From Candidatus Latescibacterota bacterium (lineage in GTDB: Bacteria > Latescibacterota > CBDEFO01), in the NCBI GenBank assembly GCA_965248755.1, contig OZ252149.1, positions 3,968,001 through 4,032,000 of the forward strand: 64,000 nucleotides of DNA, written 5' to 3'. The position numbers and the translations under genes were made by a program. Of this stretch, positions 59,340 to 64,000 are shown in pieces. A model generated the notes under the pieces. That model made no database searches. It had not been told where the DNA came from and saw only the letters and a list, made by a program, of their open reading frames with translations. Position 1 is the stretch's first letter; every line of letters starts with the position of its first letter.

Positions 59340-60947
59340 ATGACTAAAGCCAAGAAGTTTCGCCAATTATTGCAGTCAAAGGACCTCGAGTTTATCTGCG
59401 AGGCCCACAACGGACTGAGCGCCAAGATTGTTGAGGAGGCGGGTTTTAAGGCCGTGTGGGGTAGTGGCCTGACGATGTCCGCAGCAATAGGTGTTCGTGA
59501 TAGTAATGAAGCCAGTTGGACGCAGGTTCTGGAAATAGTTGAATTCATAAGTGATGCTACGTCGATACCCTTATTGCTGGATGCCGATACGGGTTACGGG
59601 AACTTCAACAACGTGCGCCGACTGGTAGGAAAGCTGGAACAACGAGACGTTGCTGCTGTATGTATCGAAGATAAGCTATTCCCCAAGAAGAACAGTTATA
59701 TTCAAGGTGAACGTCAACCTTTAGCCGATATTGAGGAGTTTTCCGGCAAGGTTAAGGCAGCAAAAGATACCCAGAACGATCCGGATTTCTCTGTTATTGC
59801 GCGTGTTGAAGCTTTCATTGCAGGTTGGGGACTCGGCGATGCACTCAGACGTGCGGATGCTTACCATAAAGCAGGTGCGGATGCGATCTTGATCCACAGC
59901 AAACTTTCTAGGCCTGATGAGGTCATGGCCTTTAAGAACGAATGGGGCGACCGTTGTCCCGTTGTCATCGTTCCCACCACATACTATAGGACGCATACCG
60001 ATGTCTTTCGCGAGGCCGGTTTTAGCGTAGTAATTTGGGCAAATATGATCTTGCGAAGTGCAATTGAGGCTATGAAGGAAACCACGACACAGCTAAAGGA
60101 AGAAAAATCATTGGTCAATATTGAGGATGATATTGCTTCGGTGGCGGAGGTCTTTCGCTTGCAGGGCGCTGACGAACTCGAGATGGCCGAGAAGCTGTAT
60201 CTTCCGGAAAGTAGTGGGGATACTCACGCCGTAATCTTAGCCGCATCTCAAGGTGTTGAACTCGGTGTCTTGACTAAGGATAAGCCGAAAACTTTGCTTG
60301 AAATTTCTGGGAAACCTCTCTTGTATAGACAGGTGGATACGCTCAATGAGATCGGTATTAAGGATATTACGGTGGTGCGCGGATTTCATAAGGATAAGAT
60401 CGATGCGTCCAATCTTCATTATGTCGATAACTATAACTACGCCACGACTCAAGAGATTTTTTCGCTCTTTAAAGGTATTCAAGGTATTGAGGGGAAAACA
60501 CTAATTTCATACGGAGATATTCTTTATAAAAAGTATATACCAGCTCTACTTCTTGAAACGGAGGGAGATTTTGTGGCGGCTGTCGACTCTGATTGGAAGT
60601 CCAGCTACAACAAAGGTCGTTATGCAGATTTTGTTTCATGCGATTGTTCAGATCGAAAAGAGCTATTTGATCAAAAGGTAATTTTGACTGGTTCGGGCAG
60701 TTCTATGCAGGAAGAGAATATCTGTGGTGAATGGATCGGTCTGCTCAAACTATCAGATCATGGTCTATCAGTTCTGCAGGAACTTTTGGGTAGTCTGTCT
60801 AAGGATAATAAACTCCATCAGATGCGAATGACTGAGTTATTCAATGAACTCATTTCTAGAGATCACGAAATTCGGGTTGTGTATATTCATGGTCATTGGC
60901 TGGATGTGGATGACATTAAAGATATCAGTATCGCAAGCATATTTTAA
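59340..60947 (+). CDS. pepM: Phosphoenolpyruvate mutase fused to a C-terminal nucleotidyltransferase
   Basis: [15 protein letters not shown], diagnostic [10 protein letters not shown] (EDK-X5-NS); C-terminal ILAAS...KPKTLL...YGDI...WLDVD. Confidence 0.95.
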   Translation: MTKAKKFRQLLQSKDLEFICEAHNGLSAKIVEEAGFKAVWGSGLTMSAAIGVRDSNEASWTQVLEIVEFISDATSIPLLLDADTGYGNFNNVRRLVGKLEQRDVAAVCIEDKLFPKKNSYIQGERQPLADIEEFSGKVKAAKDTQNDPDFSVIARVEAFIAGWGLGDALRRADAYHKAGADAILIHSKLSRPDEVMAFKNEWGDRCPVVIVPTTYYRTHTDVFREAGFSVVIWANMILRSAIEAMKETTTQLKEEKSLVNIEDDIASVAEVFRLQGADELEMAEKLYLPESSGDTHAVILAASQGVELGVLTKDKPKTLLEISGKPLLYRQVDTLNEIGIKDITVVRGFHKDKIDASNLHYVDNYNYATTQEIFSLFKGIQGIEGKTLISYGDILYKKYIPALLLETEGDFVAAVDSDWKSSYNKGRYADFVSCDCSDRKELFDQKVILTGSGSSMQEENICGEWIGLLKLSDHGLSVLQELLGSLSKDNKLHQMRMTELFNELISRDHEIRVVYIHGHWLDVDDIKDISIASIF

Positions 60948-60964
60948 TAAGGTTTGCCTGAATA

Positions 60965-62109
60965 ATGATCCAAGCGGAAGAATTTATAAAGCCAGCTTTG
61001 GGCAAAGGGTATAGTTTTTGGACGGGTGTCCCGTGCTCATTTTTGACACCGTTTATTAACTATGTAATCCAAAGCCCAGATTTGACCTATGTTGGTGCCA
61101 GCAGTGAGGGTGAGGCGGTTGGAATTGCCATAGGTGCTCACTTGACAGGCCAAAAAACAGTGGTAATTTGCCAAAACTCTGGGCTCGGCAATACGGTCAA
61201 TCCGTTGACCAGTCTAAACTATCCGTTTTGCATTCCCACTTTGCTAATCGTCACTCATCGTGGCGCGTCTGGACTAGAGGACGAACCCCAACACGCCCTT
61301 ATGGGTCTGATCACAGAAGATATTCTAACCACCTTGCGAATTCCGTGGAAGGTATTTCCCGATCGATCCGAAGATATCGAGGACGTAATCAGTGAGGCAG
61401 ATGAGTACATGACTACGAAAGGCCTTCCATACGCTTTGATCATGGAAAAGGGAACGGTTGCACCCTATCCGCTCAATGAAAAGACGACTTATAGACCATT
61501 TTTAGGAGTTGAACCCAAGGGAGAGTTTATTGTTGCAGATGATAAAAGGATGCCACGACGCGATGCGATTAAGATCATCAAAAGTCTTCTTGTTAATGGT
61601 GAGTTAATGGTGGCTACGACAGGTAAGGTAGGGAGAGAGTTGTTTGCCCTGGGGCATTGTCCCAATCAGATTTATGTTGTTGGTGGTATGGGATGTGCCT
61701 CCGCAATTGGGTTGGGTCTCAGCTTGTGTCAAAAGGAACGCAAGGTAGTTATCTTGATGGGGACGGTGCAGTTCTGATGAAGATGGGAGTGTTGGCCTCG
61801 ATAGGGCACTATCATCCGGGAAACTTAATTCATATCATTTTGGATAATGAGGCTCACGAGTCTACAGGTGGGCAATCGACAGTTTCTGGAAGCATTGATT
61901 TTGCTCAAGTTGCATCGGCTTGTACTTACAATGCAATATTTAGTTGTGACACTGAGGCTGCTTTGAAGGAAATGGTTAAGATTGCTCTTGATGTAGAAGG
62001 GCCAGTCACGATCCATATCAAAGTTGCAGTGGGGTCCGATCCGAATTTGGGACGTCCGACTTTGACCCCGGTTCAAGTGAAAGAACAATTCATGAGGTTT
62101 ATTGCCTAA
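60965..62109 (+). pseudogene. aepY: Phosphonopyruvate decarboxylase, split by a 1-nt frameshift near 61750 (possibly a sequencing error)
   Basis: GVPCSFL, EGEAV, QNSGLGN, DEPQH, TTGKVGREL; DGDGAVLMKMG...NEAHESTGGQ in the next frame. Confidence 0.88.
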
Positions 62110-62834
62110 TGAGTAAAATCAGCAAAGCCGTTATTGTGGCTGCAGGAATATCATCGCGACTTTACCCGTTAACCTTAAATCTACCTAAGGTCTTACTAGA
62201 AGTTGCAGGTGAGACGATAGTGGGACGGTCTGTGCGGTTATTGGGTGAAAATGGTATTAAAGAGATCTTGATAGTCGTAGGGTGTCAAAAGGATTTGATT
62301 CAAAAGGCTTTGGAACCATTCGTAGCGGACGTTCCACATATTCACTACCAATTTAATCCGTTTTTCGCTGAAACCAACAATATGGGCTCATTATGGTTTG
62401 CTAAAGAATGGGTAAAAGATCATTCATTTCTATATCTACATGGTGACCTTGTTTACGATCCTGAATTGCTGCGTTCATTCATGAGTGGAACTTATGCAGA
62501 CTCGGCATTGTTGGTAGATTGTGGGTCCACTGATGAGGAAGCGATGAAGGTTCGAGTTAAAGATGGACGTTTTATTGAATCGAGTAAGGATATCCCGCTC
62601 GATGAAGCATTCGGGGAATGGATTGGAATGATCATATTCACTCGCCCACAGGTGTTATTTGATAAGATAGAGATCCTTTTGGAGCAAAAGAATTTCCAAG
62701 GTTACGATACATTGGCCTTTACCGAAATGGCTGGTGAAGGTACTTGCTTTTCCGTAGTCCCAACCTGTGGTCGTCCTTGGATCGAGATAGATTTTGAATC
62801 AGAGCTGGATCAAGGGAGACAATTGTTCCGATGA
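62109..62834 (+). CDS. LicC/PntC-like phosphocholine/phosphonate cytidylyltransferase
   Basis: AAGISSRL...PKVLL, NNMGSLW, HGDLVY, GEWIG, WIEIDF. Confidence 0.88.
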   Translation: MSKISKAVIVAAGISSRLYPLTLNLPKVLLEVAGETIVGRSVRLLGENGIKEILIVVGCQKDLIQKALEPFVADVPHIHYQFNPFFAETNNMGSLWFAKEWVKDHSFLYLHGDLVYDPELLRSFMSGTYADSALLVDCGSTDEEAMKVRVKDGRFIESSKDIPLDEAFGEWIGMIIFTRPQVLFDKIEILLEQKNFQGYDTLAFTEMAGEGTCFSVVPTCGRPWIEIDFESELDQGRQLFR

Positions 62835-63979
62835 TCCAAGGCTACTCGAATCCTGTAAAGATAAGAATCGGGCGCGGTTCACTGAGAGAGCTTTCAGAAC
62901 TCTTGGCGAATCGAACCGCCCTTTTGGTAACGACACCGGGCATGGTAAAAAGAGGTGTTGCTTCTAGGATACAGGAGTTATGCAAGGATAAGCTCTTGCA
63001 CGTTACTGCCGAAGTTACACCTAATCCGACAATTGCGTCGATCAATAGATGCTTTCGTGAGGTGAAAAACTATAATTATGATGTAATAATTGGCTTGGGT
63101 GGAGGAAGCGTACTAGACACAGCAAAGGGAGTTTCCCTACTCTCCAGCTGTTCAGTGGATCAGGATTGGCTTGATGCCCATTTACGTCATAATAAGGAGA
63201 AGTCTGAGGTTCACGTATCAAAGCCGATTATAGCTATACCGACGACCTCCGGAACCGGTTCAGAAGTAACACAATGGGCAACTGTCTGGGATGATGTATC
63301 AGGAACTAAATATTCACTTTCTGATGAAGGATTATATCCGGAATGGGCCTTTCTTGATTCAGAGTTAACAGATTCATTGCCTTATGAAACTACACTCTTT
63401 ACCGCTCTTGATGCATTATCTCAGGCTATGGAAGCAATTTGGAACAAAAATGCCAACCCGGTTTCTGATGTGTTGGCTGCAAAAGCAATTGCTATCTCAA
63501 TATCTGTTTTGGTTGATGATTTTAAGGAGAAATATACTCAGCAAGAGATGCGCGAAAAGCTACAACAAGCAAGTCTGTTGACAGGATTAGCCTTTAGTAA
63601 TACTAAGACTGCCTTGGCACATTCTATTTCTTATCCACTTACATCTAAGTTAAAAGTACCCCATGGCCTAGCGTGTAGCTTTACTCTACCTGAAATTATG
63701 CGAATTAATTACAAGCAAGACAAGCAAAGAGTGGGAATTGTCATTCAAGCCCTTGGGTGTTCTTTACTGGATGAAGCAGTAGAAGCACTATATAAAGCAT
63801 TTGTGAATGTAGGCATACCGGAATATCTTCAGCAGTTTATTGTGGATATATCTGATGTGACTACATTAGATGCTGAGTTTATAGCACCAGGCCGGGCAGA
63901 GAACAACATTACTCATGTCTCACAAAGTGATGCCATAGAGATTTTGCGATCAGCATTATCACTCTTAACGATCAATTGA
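62831..63979 (+). CDS. Iron-containing alcohol dehydrogenase, phosphonoacetaldehyde reductase (PhpC/FomC-like)
   Basis: GGGSVLDTAK, PTTSGTGSEVTQWATVWD, AFSNTKTALAHSISY, PHGLAC; adjacent to pepM/ppd. Confidence 0.9.
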   Translation: MIQGYSNPVKIRIGRGSLRELSELLANRTALLVTTPGMVKRGVASRIQELCKDKLLHVTAEVTPNPTIASINRCFREVKNYNYDVIIGLGGGSVLDTAKGVSLLSSCSVDQDWLDAHLRHNKEKSEVHVSKPIIAIPTTSGTGSEVTQWATVWDDVSGTKYSLSDEGLYPEWAFLDSELTDSLPYETTLFTALDALSQAMEAIWNKNANPVSDVLAAKAIAISISVLVDDFKEKYTQQEMREKLQQASLLTGLAFSNTKTALAHSISYPLTSKLKVPHGLACSFTLPEIMRINYKQDKQRVGIVIQALGCSLLDEAVEALYKAFVNVGIPEYLQQFIVDISDVTTLDAEFIAPGRAENNITHVSQSDAIEILRSALSLLTIN

Positions 63980-64000
63980 AATATGCCTGATGAAACAGAT

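Noticed and set aside
59340..63979. Fosfomycin/phosphinothricin-type antibiotic cluster
   Set aside because: Shares only the early steps; no radical-SAM methylase, epoxidase, HEP dioxygenase or NRPS visible, and the context is polysaccharide synthesis

Overview
Bacterial chromosomal window, probably from an FCB-group or related candidate lineage (inferred from LxQNYPNPFN/FlgD-Ig C-terminal domains and a sigma70 lacking region 1.1). Five zones. (1) 1-8979: a tandem array, open at the left edge, of a ~3.1 kb three-gene unit (TPR protein, secreted protein with a Cys-His-Asp papain/transglutaminase-like motif set, secreted FlgD-Ig-tailed protein). The copies are mosaics of each other with clustered amino-acid changes. 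(2) 9.2-13.6 kb: ComD-like ThDP subunit, aquaporin, SOD, Fur/PerR and an Nramp-like transporter. (3) 13.9-22.3 kb: PAS kinase, sigma54 activator, a vitamin-K-dependent carboxylase-like (HTTM) gene next to a PilX-like protein with (DDDDDG)n tracts, then an SLT gene with a sigma54 promoter, PTS IIA and a sigma factor. (4) 22.9-24.8 kb: gatC plus a broken gatA. (5) 25.1-64 kb: a ~39 kb Wzx/Wzy polysaccharide locus with many glycosyltransferases, methyltransferases, a carbamoyltransferase with DUF5989/SxtK-like partner, an ACP-FkbH-FkbM module, four IS copies, several gene remnants and a terminal 2-hydroxyethylphosphonate (pepM-ppd-reductase plus cytidylyltransferases) cassette. Several frameshifts sit in homopolymers, so some may be assembly errors. 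All calls come from motif reading only; no database searches were run.
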